A stretch of 63,837 nt of DNA, counting the filler, from Welwitschia mirabilis (lineage: Eukaryota): NCBI GenBank assembly GCA_051453625.1. It is 4 parts of one record of this genome, joined end to end, with 100 filler letters (N's around TTAATTAATTAA, not from the genome) between each part and the next. Parts side by side here need not be neighbours in the genome. Positions count along the whole stretch, not along the records: positions 41,737 to 62,700 come from JBOZIK010000001.1; positions 62,801 to 63,837 come from JBOZIK010000001.1; 2 more parts are not named here. The stretch is one strand, 5' to 3'. The notes under the pieces were generated by a model. It saw nothing but the letters and a program-made list of their open reading frames with translations, ran no database searches and was not told where the DNA came from. A program made the position numbers and the translations under genes. Shown piece by piece: positions 50,698-63,837 of the stretch; within the stretch, counting starts at the first letter, position 1, and each line of letters begins with the position of its first letter.

Positions 50698-52861
50698 TTG
50701 AAATTCTTGTTTTATTCTAATGTGTATGGGCCTATGAGTCTTGCTTCTATTGGTGGCTTACTTTATTTGGTACTTTTATTGATGATTATACTAGGAAGAT
50801 TTGGATGTACCCTCTCAAGTTCAAATATTTAGTGTTTTTAAGGCTTTTGTTATTAGGGTTGAAACTCAAACAGGTCTAAGGATGAAATGATTGTTGATTG
50901 ATAATGGGGAGGAGTGTACCTCCAAGGTCTTTGGTGAATATTATAGCAATAAAGAAATACGTACATTCATACTCCTCCAAGTATACCATACGAAAACAAC
51001 ATTACTGAGAGATGCAACAGAACTTTGTTAGAACATGCCAAATCGATGGTTATAGCTACAGGTCTGTCCATGGTTTTTTGGGTAGAGGCGGTGGTAATAA
51101 CTCAATATTTGGTGAGCAGGTTTTCTCACTTCTCTTTTAGTAATGGGGTTTTATAGATTTTATGGACTAGTAAAAATGTTTCTTATAAGCATCTAAGAGG
51201 TTTTAGATGTGATGACTACATGTACATTTAAAAGAAGAATATAACAAAATTACAAAACAAAGCCAAACGGTGCATATTTCTTAGATATGATGAGGATGTC
51301 TTAGTTACAGAATGTAGGATCTTAAGGTAAAATGAGTTATCAGGTCTTGTGATGTTAAATTCAAAGAACATAATGTTCCATGACCATCAGGATGGAAATG
51401 AAGGGACTTCTGATTCTGGCATTCTACAGGAGTCTATTAGTTTTTAAAAAGATGTTGAAATAGAGGTTGAGCAGATTCCTAAAGAAATACATGAAGAAAA
51501 TGTTTTAGAAGGTGAAAATCATCAAGCTAAAAATGATGAAACTCACTTGGATAAAATGGAAGAGTAGCTCGAAGAGGATGAATCATCTCTTTCTATATGA
51601 CATTACGTGAGGCATTCAACTAGAGCTACATGTTCACTAGATAGGTATTCTCCATTATTACATTATGTTCATTATACTAATTGTGGAGAGCTTGAAATAG
51701 TACAAGAGGCTTTATCTTATGTTGCTGCTGCCAAGTGGAAGGCAACTATGGAGAAGGAATGGAAATCTTTACAGGACAATAAAACTTGGGAGTTGGTTAC
51801 TTTGTCCAAGAGGCACAAAGCTCTACATAGCATGTATATCTTTAGAATAAAAGATGAGGCTTATGGGAAGAAGTACTACAAGACTAAATTGGTAGTAAGA
51901 GGTTATGCCCAAAATCCAGGTATTGATTTTATAAAAATCTTTCTCTTGTTGTAAAGCATTCATAAATTAGGATAGTTCTTTCTTTGGTTGCTTGCTTAGA
52001 GATAGAACAATTTGATATTAAGATAACATTTCTAAATGGGGACCTTGATGAAGAGATCTATTTGCATCAGCCAAAGGGGTATTTAGACCAGCAAAGTTAT
52101 AATCTAATTTGCAGGATATAAAAGAGCTTATATGACTTGAAACAAGATCATAGACAATGGTATAAAATGTTTGATACATTCATGAAGGAATAGTATTTCC
52201 AGAGAAGTTAGTTTGACCACTATGTTTACTTCTTTGGAAGTGTTGCACATAAATGTGTCATTCTGCTTTTGTATGTAGATGAAATGTTGGTTGTAAGGAA
52301 TAATGTGACTAAAATTAAACATTTAAAAACAACCAATGAGTAAGCAATTTGAGATGAAAGATGTTAGACAGGCTAATAAAATTTTGGGGATGAGGATAAT
52401 TAGAGAGATAAAGCAAAATAAGATGTGGCTTAGCCAAAGTGATTATATTGGCAAAGTTCTTCAGTGTTTTGGCATGTTAGATGTAAAACTAGTAAGTACA
52501 CCATTGGCATCACATTTTAAGTTGTCAAAAGAATATTGCCCACATTCAAATGAAGAACTTGATAAATTTGAAAAGGTTTCCTACACTTCTACAGTGGAAT
52601 CTCACATGTATGCAATGATATATACTCCTCCTGATATTGCTTACATTGTATGAGTGGTTAGCAAATTTATGATAAACTATGGTTGGAACCATTGGCTTGT
52701 TGTTAAGTGGATTCTTAGATATTTGAAAGTAACACAAAAGGACTACTTATGCTTTTGGGGTGGTGATTTATCCATTTAAGTATTTTTGGATGTAAATTTT
52801 GCAATAAAATCGAATAATAGATGTTCTTCTACTAGTTATGTATTCACGCTCACAGGGGTAG

Positions 52862-54348
52862 TATTACAATCCAGTTTTGGGTTGATCTTAAAAGCATGAA
52901 ATTCTTTTAGATTAAAACTAAATTACATTATAGTACATAAACATCATAATGGATTGATTAGATTATGACTGAGAGACTTACCTCTCTGTTACCCATAGGA
53001 TATATATCCAGTGAACTATGTAATGATAGCTCTCCTAGGTAATACTATAACCATTCTTAAGGTTAGTTAAAAATCCAAATTAGGAGTACATAAAAGAAGT
53101 GTATAGGTTATGATCAAGTGGTTGGTTGCATCAATAGCTAAGAAACCATGCTTATGTAATCCTCATCTGGAGGAGTTCAAACCATACATAGTTCTATCTT
53201 AGACCTTGTTCTAATCTCTATCAACATGCATAAAATGAATCAAAGTCATTTATGTCAATAGGCATGTGAAAATCCTAGACATGAAAGACTGCAAGGAATG
53301 ATGCAAAAACTCAATATTCAAATCAACATCAATAGGTATTACATACATATAAATAGACATATGCATAATAGCTATATATGTAAAAGTATAGGAGACAACC
53401 TATCAAGATCTCTTGAGGTTGTAACATCCAATCCTATTAAAGAATCCTAATGCATGAATAAAGATAATACACATGTATATTAATATAAATCAAATATATG
53501 GGCACCCAAACATTTATATATAGTAAACCCCCTGGTCACTTGGCCAAAATATCTATTAATAACCTCTATTACCAAGCATAAGAGACCCCTCATATCTCAC
53601 TAGCGTCTTGGTAAAAGCTAATGGGGGAAAAGTATCATAATAGTATGTCATTACAGTGAACTCATGCAAAAATATGATTAACACATACACATGCATACAT
53701 ACACATGCACACATCATTTCGGCAGGGTACCCCTTAGCTCCTTTTTCTATAACATAACATAATGAATCTAATAATATATAAAAATAAAATGCCAAAGATA
53801 ATAGCCTGAGTGCCACTTATTAAGTCACTAATCTTAACAAACTTAATTCAGGAGAAATCAAAGGATAAAGGTCACTAATCAAATGCGTAATTATTTTAAT
53901 GAGCATCATAGAATAATTACCTAGAAAGCGTTAAGAATACTAGAAGCAACCATGATCATTGGAGACTGTGCTAAGACCTGCATCATTGTATAGCTATACT
54001 ATGCATAACATAATTGCATTAATCATAAAAAAACACCATTATCATAGGTTGAAAACACATAACTACTCCTTTTAAAATGCTAACATAATAAAACTAAGTC
54101 TATAAATTAGATTACTCACAATGCTAATTGAATAATAAGTGGGAATTCAATCATATTATGTTCTATATACATGTATGTTTATCTATCTCTAAGGGCAATC
54201 ACAAACTATATATGCTTTCTATTGGGTTTAAGGTAGTTTCCAATTTTTTGTCATGATTTTTATTAACAATATCTTCTAGATCATTTTGACTTGATCGATG
54301 TCCTTATTGACAAAAATTGACATGTGTACGCGCGCGCGCGCCTGCCCG

Positions 54349-54390
<42 letters not shown>

Positions 54391-56882
54391 AAGTTATTAA
54401 TTGTAGTTCTTAATGTCTTAATTTAATATTTTAAACTATTTCATTACATATAACTTTACTTCAATGATGTAATTTACATTGTTACTAGAACTACGGCTTA
54501 AGTGTTTTCCATTCCTTATTATTAACATCATTTCCTTCCTAGGCTAGGTACATAAATAAATTAAGACCAAGTAGGTATTGATAGAAGTGTAATCAGTGGA
54601 GAAGTGCAATGGCCTTTTTCTCTATCCCCAATCCCTCCTATCCAAGATAGGTTAGGAGAATGATCACAAGGCCTAATGAGGTAAAGATGATACATTCAAG
54701 GTTTTTAACATTTCAAATGCTAAGACAAAATAAATTTAATAGGCAAGACTGAAATAGTACTAAAAGAAAAAGCCATAATCTTAATAATACCACTAGCATC
54801 TTAAAATCTTAATACAAGAAGTGTATTTGGTTCATAAGCTCTCTATCTAAAACACTATAATAGGTAAGTTAAGAAACTTAAATACTAGTATAAAACAAGT
54901 ATGACATAGAGAAAATTAAAGATGTTGCCCTCACAAGATTATCAAGTACTTTTGATAGAATGGAATAAGATAAATGAAGCTTAAGCGCATTGAGATGTAT
55001 TGCACAATGAATAGTGGAATAAAACGTTAAAACAAGTAGATATGCATATAGAAAAGAGGCTATGTAGCTTATCACTTCGATAATTTACTTAGGAAACAAT
55101 TTATGTGAAGCAGACCCAAAAGTTATTTTGCGAGTCATTTTAAAATTTTAAAGGCCTAGGTTATTTCAGGAAAACAAACAATTTTATATAATATGTCCAA
55201 AGGTCATATTATATATATTCACCTCATGATTCCTAAGATCAAAGGATTTCCAATGAATAATTATATCTTACGTATCTAGTAGTACTATCTTTTAAGCATT
55301 TGTTTTAACCATTATAATTATAATTGTACCTTAGGTATCTATATGATTTGCTTGATGCTATTGATTCTCTCTTTACGTTCTTAGTTCTCGCTTAGATTTG
55401 CTTGATTAGTGATGATCCTTTGGGGGCGTAACACTACAAATCCCTATCATGTCATACAGTAGCAAGGTTTTTCACAGAGCTAGTAGAATGTGTTATGCTT
55501 GATAAATTAACATAGTGTTAACACATTAGTAATGATTGTGAACAAAGCAAGGATTGTGTCAAAAATAAAATAAAATATTCTCCTATAGTCTACAAGAATT
55601 GTAGTTACATAGAGAATGAAAATTTAGAGTTGCTTGTTCTTACTTGTAGAAAGGGGACCATTTGCCCCGTAAGCATTGTAGTCAACGCTCGTCGTAGTAT
55701 CTCGTGGAAGCACCAGATATCTGTTTGCCAGCGCAGGCGAGGGGCGCAAGGATACCACCCTGGTAAAAGCCATGACAGCCATTAATGAACAGGCGAGATG
55801 AGAGAACATAGCTAAAAGGAGCCACAGAGGAGGTTTGGCTCTGTAAAATGAATGCTGTAGAGCGAAAAGCCCTTCTGCTCAAGGAATATCGTCGCTACAG
55901 TGTCTCCTAAAGCTCTTCCTACGATCCCATCTTGTGATGAAGCTGGATGACAGGCCATGAATGATGCCATCGCCTGTGATGCCGACATTGGAAGCGCCCT
56001 GCACTAAAATGACGTAACAGCGGCTGCTTTCACATGGGAAATCCCTGTCTGAGGATCCTTATAAAGCCAAACCAAATTCAATGATCAGAAGCGCTTATCG
56101 GGTTCGGAATTCGGGTTTGGGAATCTTGAAAAATTCTCAATTCATTCACTTGAAAATTTAGTATGGTTTCAGCGATCTATAAAATTTTTGGAAGACAGCC
56201 CAATACAGTAAAGTCTATTGCCTCTCAAACAAGTAATTATTTAAAAATAGCAAAAACGTTTCAGAGAAGCAGTAGAATGATCATTTTCCCTGCTGGATTC
56301 AGAGTAGCAATGCACCAGTACTGTTTCTCTGCTATACAGAAAGGCATGCCTCTCATCTTTGTGGCTTCCTATATCACATCTCTTCCTCGACTTCCCTGTT
56401 AAGTCAAAAGCATCCACCGCTTGTGCGCCTGCATGACCTCTGTCTTCCATTTGCTTCTGATAACGCTTTCTCTGTTAGTGCATCCTCTAAAAACCGATTC
56501 GTTCTCAGCTTTCTCTGCCTTGATTTTTCTCGTCTCTAATTCAACTTCTATCTTCTCTAATGCCCAAGAAAAATAATCACTAGATCTTTGATACTATCAT
56601 CGAAGCTCTATTAGGATCTCACCATACCAATTCTTGCAGGTTAGTCTGTGGCTAAAAATGGAAAGGAAAGAAGTATTTATAGATCTGCTACACGAAGAGA
56701 CAGAGAGTAAATTTATGGCCTCTGAAGCTTCCTTGTACTTCCTTTTACTTGCTTCTCCTCAAACAGATTCTCTGGGATGTTATTACTGCACCTCATGAAT
56801 GATGATGTTTTCATGGCACACACTTCAATTTTATGAACGGCACATGCCCCAAAGCAACTATAGGGAAAATTGAGGTGTTATA
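52862..56882 (-). mobile_element. ~4.0-kb solo LTR (Tekay/Del gypsy-like termini) nested in the copia RNase H
   Basis: Termini TATTACA...TGTTATA (decayed TGTWACA...TGTTACA). 5-bp flanks GGTAG/GGCAG; the copia frame rejoins across it. Minus-strand TATAAATA at ~56674-56681; no pol motifs inside. Confidence 0.75.
54328..54386. repeat. (CG)n followed by (CA)n microsatellite
   Basis: Read directly from the sequence. Confidence 0.9.
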
Positions 56883-59800
56883 GGCAGTAATTAGTTGGTT
56901 GTCTCAATTGCAACTGTTAGTGACTTTGTCTACCACTAAAGCAAAATATGTGACGCTTATAGAAGCTTGCAAAGAGATTATTTGATTGCACATGTTTCTT
57001 ACTTCATTTGGTTTAAAACAAGGCAAATATTCTGTGTTTTGTGATAGTCAAAATGCAATACATTTTGATAAGAATTTTAGCCTTTTATGCTAGAATAAAA
57101 CACATTGATATTAGATTTTATTTTATAAGAGAAATTGTTGAATGTGGATTGATTAACATTCAAAAGATTCATACAAAGTTTAATGTTACTGATTCTCTTA
57201 CAGAGGTGGTGGTAATGCAAAAGCATAACTTCTATAAAGAAAAGCTTGAAGTTGCCAAACCTAAGTAATGGACAACAAAGGGACACTTTGAAGCAACGCA
57301 TCTCTTTTAATTCTTAGAGGCTAGTTGGATTTGTCTTCAAGGGGAAGAATTGTTGGAGTTGAAGTTAAATCCTCTTTTATATCTTCTAGTTTTTTTCCTT
57401 GTTGTAGCACTTTGTTTGTAAAGTGTATTTCTCTTTTATATTATAAAGTGAGAGGGGGTTATTTATCAAGTCAACATAAAATTAGGTTTTTAAACCTAAA
57501 GTGAGCCTATTTAAAGAGAAGGGTTTTGAGGAAGAAGTAAGACATTCTGAACACTCTAGCTATTGAGGATGGCTTGTGTCTTTGGATTATTTCTCGAAAT
57601 CTAAAGAAAGCTCTGCATTGCTTTCGTGGTTTTTCCCCACATTAGGGTTTCCATGTAAATTTCTGTGTACTGTTTTACTTTTTGTTTATCCTATTTTTCA
57701 CTACTATTTTTAATAATAGGTCACTTTAGATCAGTGCATTATGAACCACTTCAAATTAATGCAAAGAGGATTGCCTTGGATTGTGATCCAAAGCCTTCAG
57801 ATAGAGATCTAAATAGAATTGCGATTCAGAACCAATCAGAGCTTTTTTCCTAGATCAAGATCTAGATCGCCCCAGATTGTAACATGGACTTGCATTTCAC
57901 AACTATGGCTTACACTATTCTAGAGTGGACCCTCTTATAGATTCATTGTTCTTATACATTTCAAATTCTAAATTTGGATTGTGCAAAGGCTACATCACTC
58001 AGGATTAATATTTAAGTAGATAGCCGCCATGGCAACTAGTCGTCACGAGATCTATGAATAGACTAAAACTCAGCCATTTGCTATGTTAGGGGTGACTGTA
58101 GGAGATTAGTTACTACCTATCTAAGGGGTGAATAACCAACGCACTATTAAAAAAAAGATGAAATTAGTCATGCACAATAGGCGTATGACCTTGCTAAAAC
58201 CCATGAACATTTCTTCTTTTCTGCCAAGTCATGAACATTTCTTCTTTAGCACGAACAGAATTTCTTTGTAGTGCACAGACAAAGTGAACTAAGTTAGGTA
58301 AACTATGAACATTTCTTCTTTGGAGCTTTACGATAGATGAATAATGAAGCGAATGAACTGAACGAAGATAGGAAAAACAAAGAGGCAATGAATGAAGAAC
58401 AACAAAGACAAATGAAGACAAATAGCAAACATCAGGGTTAGGTCTTTGGCTTGGTCTTTACTACTATCTTTGCATCATTAGCTACACATTCATAAGCTCA
58501 TTTTTCACATAAGTATACATATACAATTTCATTTGCGTCCAAGTTAAATAACTTTTGTATGTGATTGAAGAAGGATAGGAAATTCACATGGTCTTCTTAC
58601 ATTGTCTTCTATTTTCAGGCTTTGTTCAGCTGACAAACTTCTTAAGTGTCTTTTTAATAGACTTTTATTTTAATTGCCCAAGCATTCTATGTTGTTGAGA
58701 TAAGGATTTATCTTCCCACACGCACTAGTTCATCTTCCTTTTGTACCAGGAATTAAATTCTGACCCTAGGATAATATCCCATGGTTCTATATGGTAATAG
58801 AGATGGGTTACTCACCCAGTTATCTTAAGAAATGTAGATTTAGGATGGTAAATGCTGTAAATAGTATGCTAGAAAATGAAATAATTGTTATGTTTCTTAT
58901 CTCACTTAAAATAAGAAGGAAGAATAAGAAGTAACCTATTAAACTCTTAAGTGTAGTTTGGTCATTGGGGATATCTATATCTGAGTCCAAGAATGAGCAT
59001 AGTTTAGGTGATCTTTCATGACATTAAGCTAAGGTAGCTGAGAAGTACCTATCAAGGTACACTGTAGAGGTATGAAGATAATACCTACAGAATTTCCTTA
59101 CAAAATATGCAACCTACACGTGACATCCATTAACATCATAAAATTTTTGCAATGAGAGAGTATTTGATTAGCAACATGATAAGTAATTAAATAAATAAAA
59201 TAATTATATATTTACATATTATATGAAGGTCAATAAGTAAAATCACTATAATGTGATTACATCTGACAATGAACTGAAGAAATGAGAAAATGTTATACTA
59301 TGAGATAAAAGATGGTTTATGAAAATACATCAACTTAGAGTTTTTACAATAGAATTCAAAATCTAACAATATTTAGATATTACATAACAATGTGATAATA
59401 TATGACAAACTAAGTAATCCATCATTTTCTGAAACTTTCTTCACTTGTAGATAAAACTATTAATATTTCTTACATCATGGTGAATTAGTAGCCATAATAT
59501 AAAAAATAAATTTGTTGTTTCACATTTAAAGGCAATTGTCTTAATCCATAAAAGGATCTGTTTAACTTACAAACTAAAAATTTGTTTTCATGTTTACTCC
59601 AAACCTTTTTAGTTTTATGATTTAAATTTNNNNNNNNNNNNNNNNNNNNNNNNNNNNNNNNNNNNNNNNNNNNNNNNNNNNNNNNNNNNNNNNNNNNNNN
59701 NNNNNNNNNNNNNNNNNNNNNNNNNNNNNNNNNNNNNNNNNNNNNNNNNNNNNNNNNNNNNNNNNNNNNNNNNNNNNNNNNNNNNNNNNNNNNNNNNNNN

Positions 59801-60744
59801 NNNNNNNNNNNNNNNNNNNNNNNNNNNNNNNNNNNNNNNNNNNNNNNNNNNNNNNNNNNNNNNNNNNNNNNNNNNNNNNNNNNNNNNNNNNNNNNNNNNN
59901 NNNNNNNNNNNNNNNNNNNNNNNNNNNNNNNNNNNNNNNNNNNNNNNNNNNNNNNNNNNNNNNNNNNNNNNNNNNNNNNNNNNNNNNNNNNNNNNNNNNN
60001 NNNNNNNNNNNNNNNNNNNNNNNNNNNNNNNNNNNNNNNNNNNNNNNNNNNNNNNNNNNNNNNNNNNNNNNNNNNNNNNNNNNNNNNNNNNNNNNNNNNN
60101 NNNNNNNNNNNNNNNNNNNNNNNNNNNNNNNNNNNNNNNNNNNNNNNNNNNNNNNNNNNNNNNNNNNNNNNNNNNNNNNNNNNNNNNNNNNNNNNNNNNN
60201 NNNNNNNNNNNNNNNNNNNNNNNNNNNNNNNNNNNNNNNNNNNNNNNNNNNNNNNNNNNNNNNNNNNNNAAAGGATCTAATGTCATGTCTTAATCCAAAA
60301 TAATCTATATATTTCATCTTTGATTTATCAACATTGTTCTCTTGCTTATGTGTTATTAACTTTTAAAAAATAAGCCATCATTAAGCCATGTCTTTTCAAG
60401 TGGACCATCTCTAGTCCATACTCCATACATCTTCATGAGACTGCCAAATAGATACATCTTGAAAGGGTTCATCATGCATAGAATTATAAAGACTTCATCA
60501 ATAGTAATGATGGAAATGCTTTTCATACCTTGAGATCACTTTGTCCAACCATTTTAATTACTTATTTTTCAATATTCTTTACTAATTTCTAATTTCCATT
60601 CCTCAAAAAATTGCATTTAAGGGTGTTCCTTAGATATTTAAATTATGTTTTTTTTACTTTTAATTAACTTTAATGTTTTCTTGGTTTTAATGTATGACAA
60701 TATCTAATTTAAAATTTGCAATTGATCTCTATTTACAGTGATTA

Positions 60745-62700
60745 AACATACTGAGGAGGGATCCAACATGACAACATTGTACACAACTAGATCATAAGAA
60801 TTCAGATGTGCTAAAATGCAATTATTGTTAGGCCACATTTCGTGAAGATGTAAACTGAATGAAATATCACATTACTGAACTACTTGATTATGATGTTATG
60901 CCTTGCCCTAACTTACCCAACATTTCCATGATAGAAGAAATGCATACATATTTAAACTGTAGAGAGGAGTAAAAGAAAAACAAGGTAAGACTTGTAGATC
61001 TTTAAGCACAAAGGCAAATAGAAAGAGCTAAGAATGGTTTTACAACTAAGCATAGAGCCTTTATGTCCAGAATTAGAAAGAGAACAATTACTGGTTGGGA
61101 GTGTATAACTATAGATTCAAGGGCACATGCTTCTTCTTTCCCTCCTAATGTAGATAATGCTACTGAGGCTTAGCATGAGAATGATATTTATCCTCCAATT
61201 TTAGTTCCATACTTGGCTCAACTTCTTAGGGATTATATTCTTATCATCGATCCATTCAAGGCAGTCATGTTGATCTAATGCCTCCATGTCATGGTTCTAA
61301 TACTCAACAGACAATTAAGACAAGTATGCATGCTGAGGAGGATGTATTCAGGAGAGCATATAAGATACTTTTATAAGTTTGGTATTCACAAGGCTTACCA
61401 TTACATGCATTTATAAGTTCCATGTTTTAGAGGGTTTATGATGCTACTAGTGAGTGTGGATTAGGTAATTTCAAATCTTTCACCTACACAGAGATATGGT
61501 CATTCATATTAGATGATGTCAAACATGATATTAAGGACATGATAATCCATTATAAAGAGGTTTGGAATAAATTTGGATGTAGCATTCTTGTAAATGGTTA
61601 GAGTAATAGACAAGATAGAAATCTCATCTATTTTTTTGTAGCATCAAGTTCAAGAGTAATGTTCTTGAAATCTGTCGATGCCTCAGATAACATAAGAATT
61701 ACTAAATTTATGTTTAAAGAGTTTTAAAAAGTAATTAAAGAAGTAGAACTTAGCAACATTGCCTAGGTAAATAGTTCTTATTTAATTTAATAAAACTCAT
61801 TTGATCCTTCTGAATACAAAGTTGTAGTCTTCTACTTTTGTACTTAGCCTTATTTATTTTGTACTATGTAGGTTGTCATAAATAATGGATCTACTTATAA
61901 GGCAATAAGTAGATTACTCATGCATCATTATCCACATTTTTATTGGACTTCTTGCATAGCACACGATATTAATATTCTTCTTTAAGACCTTGGAAAATTA
62001 TCTTAGATTAAAAGGTAAATAACTAAATATTTCTAATATTAAGATGTAGTGTTAGTGACACATTAAGTATTTTTTTCATGTAAATCATAATGAAAATATG
62101 ATATATGATGATATGACTTAAGGATTGACAAATTATCATTTATTATTGTTTAAGTGGTGCAAAGGGAAAAAATTGTATCAAAATTTATCTACATGTTCAT
62201 CATCTTTTTCATCAGTACTCTAATGACAAGGAACTTCTTAGGCTTGGTTACATAAGGTTTGTGACAAAGTTCATATTATTAGATAGCATGCAAGTAGTAA
62301 ATCAAATATTAATGGTGATGTTTTGTAATCCATTGTGGAGTAATGATTAGATATTTGCTTCACTTCATCATACTTTTGAGGCTACTCATGTGACGGACAT
62401 TGTTTTTGATTATTTTGATTATCCAAGCAAATTTTGGTTTGAGATGAAAAATGTCTTATAGGTAAGAATCATTATTTTTATATTCTCAAATACTGAAACA
62501 CATCACCTTTAATTTTTTAATTTGCAAATTTGAATGTCATATTTACTTATTTACATCTTTGCAATTTGTAGATTACCTAACCATTAGTGCTTATTCTTTA
62601 AAAGGTAGATGAGTAAAGACCTTTTCTTGTATATTTGTATAAAGCTATGTCAAGGTGAAGGAGGACATTTGTTCCTATCTTACAAAGAGTGGTCTTCTTA
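60745..62700 (+). pseudogene. hAT-superfamily transposase pseudogene (BED zinc finger + DUF659-type region) with introns
   Basis: DPT*QHC...LKCNYC...MKYHI (BED); WNKFGCSILVNG*SNRQDRNLIYFFV...MFLKSVDAS; VVINNGSTYKA...YPHFYWTSCIAHDINILL*DLGKL. GT-AG introns at ~61767-61871 and ~62462-62571. Confidence 0.88.
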
Positions 62701-62800
62701 NNNNNNNNNNNNNNNNNNNNNNNNNNNNNNNNNNNNNNNNNNNNTTAATTAATTAANNNNNNNNNNNNNNNNNNNNNNNNNNNNNNNNNNNNNNNNNNNN

Positions 62801-63837
62801 TGGCACATGCTACCCTTTGGTTACTAGGTTGTTCTATTCGAATGCCAGGTATGATGCATCCCAGTCCACGTTCATTACCTCTGTTTTTGGCCAAGAAATG
62901 CATATTACAGTAGATCTGGTAGCTTCCCTCACTGGTCTTCTAAGAGAAAATTAGGAAGAGTACTGGCCCATGGTAGAATCATTCGAGGAGAAAGATGTAG
63001 CTACTCACCATGTGTGTGACACATACATTACATGGAAAAAAACACTCAAAGCTTCCCAACTTCTTCCTCAATTTTGATTGCTGCATCTTATCATGTCTTA
63101 CAACTTCCTCCCAGTTTCAGGGCACAGAGATGAGTTCTCAAACTATCAAGTCTATATTATGTATGCTCTGGATTAGAGAAGAGATTTAGATGCTATTGCA
63201 ATCATTCTCAAGCACATGGTAAACCAACTCCAATCACACAAATAACATGCCCTGCCTTATCCTTTCCTTATCACTCAGATTTATCATCACTTTGACATTC
63301 CTCATCTTGTTAGGTAGGAGATCCAAAAGCCCATGGAGCCTATAGATCATGACACATTGTCAAGGATGCACATTTTTGACGAACCCACTGCTTCTTCTAG
63401 GCCTAAGGTAAAGGCCTCTCAAACATCAAAAATTCTTCACCTTCTTCATTGGATTGATTCACGAAATCATAACATCAAGAGGTCCTGATTGCCAGTGGAA
63501 CTACTGTTGCTGATATCTCTTTGAGTGAGGAAGCTTAGACTTCTGAATCTTCAGAGTCTAATTAAGTCTTTGTGTGCTCTCTAGTCTTTTTGTGTTCTCC
63601 CTATCCTTGATTTCATTAAAAAGGGGAAGAAACATTTGTAACATCTGTGTCACTTCTGTTTATTATAAGTTAGTCAGATTATAATGTTCAGATGTAATGA
63701 AACTTATTTGAGTAATACAAAGAAGCTTATTTTTATGCAACTTACTTATGTTTTTCCTGATGATTTTTATATATACAAAACTCATTTAAATTCAATAATT
63801 TTCCAAGTTAAATGAGTTAGGAGGAGAACCCAAATGT
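62801..63837 (+). mobile_element. Env-like / extra ORF remnant of an LTR retrotransposon (Sirevirus-type 3' region) followed by a PPT-like tract
   Basis: LLHLIMSYNFLPVSGHRDEF...YIMYAL...IILKHM...HALPYPFLITQIYHHFDIP, then AAAAAGGGGAAGAA at ~63618. Confidence 0.6.

Larger units (their letters stand above)
50700..57718 (+). mobile_element. Decayed Ty1/copia (integrase-RT-RNase H-3' LTR) interrupted by a solo LTR
   Basis: SNVYGP, FIDDYTRKIW, ERCNRTLLEHAKSM, FWVEAV, LVVRGYAQNPGIDF, LYVDEM, FEMKDV. RNase H is split as YVFTLTG | AVISWLSQLQ...LSTT, then KHIDIRFYFIRE. PPT CAAGGGGAAGAAT precedes an LTR starting TGTTGG at 57351. Confidence 0.9.

Overview
AT-rich, gappy plant nuclear scaffold (seed-plant-like). 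It holds one intact host gene: a 4-exon BODYGUARD-type alpha/beta-hydrolase (32333-36657, +, 490 aa by my splicing) in a CpG-retaining island. The rest is mostly decayed and nested transposable elements: a Sirevirus-type Ty1/copia inserted in an L1 LINE, a Tat-type Ty3/gypsy remnant, several other copia remnants (one split by a ~4 kb solo LTR with a target-site duplication), a tandem short-LTR copia array, three L1-type LINEs, tRNA-derived SINEs, a hAT transposase pseudogene and an intronless lipin (PAH) retro-pseudogene between LTR-like repeats. The most unusual observation is the L1-type LINE at ~19750-25262. After endonuclease, RT and zf-RVT, its ORF2 frame appears to continue through an unrecognised segment and an acidic linker into an HPD-containing J-domain (DnaJ/Hsp40), then a 3' UTR and A-tail. 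This suggests a retroelement carrying its own Hsp70 co-chaperone domain. All calls come from manual reading and translation; no database searches were run and TE boundaries are approximate unless termini are stated.
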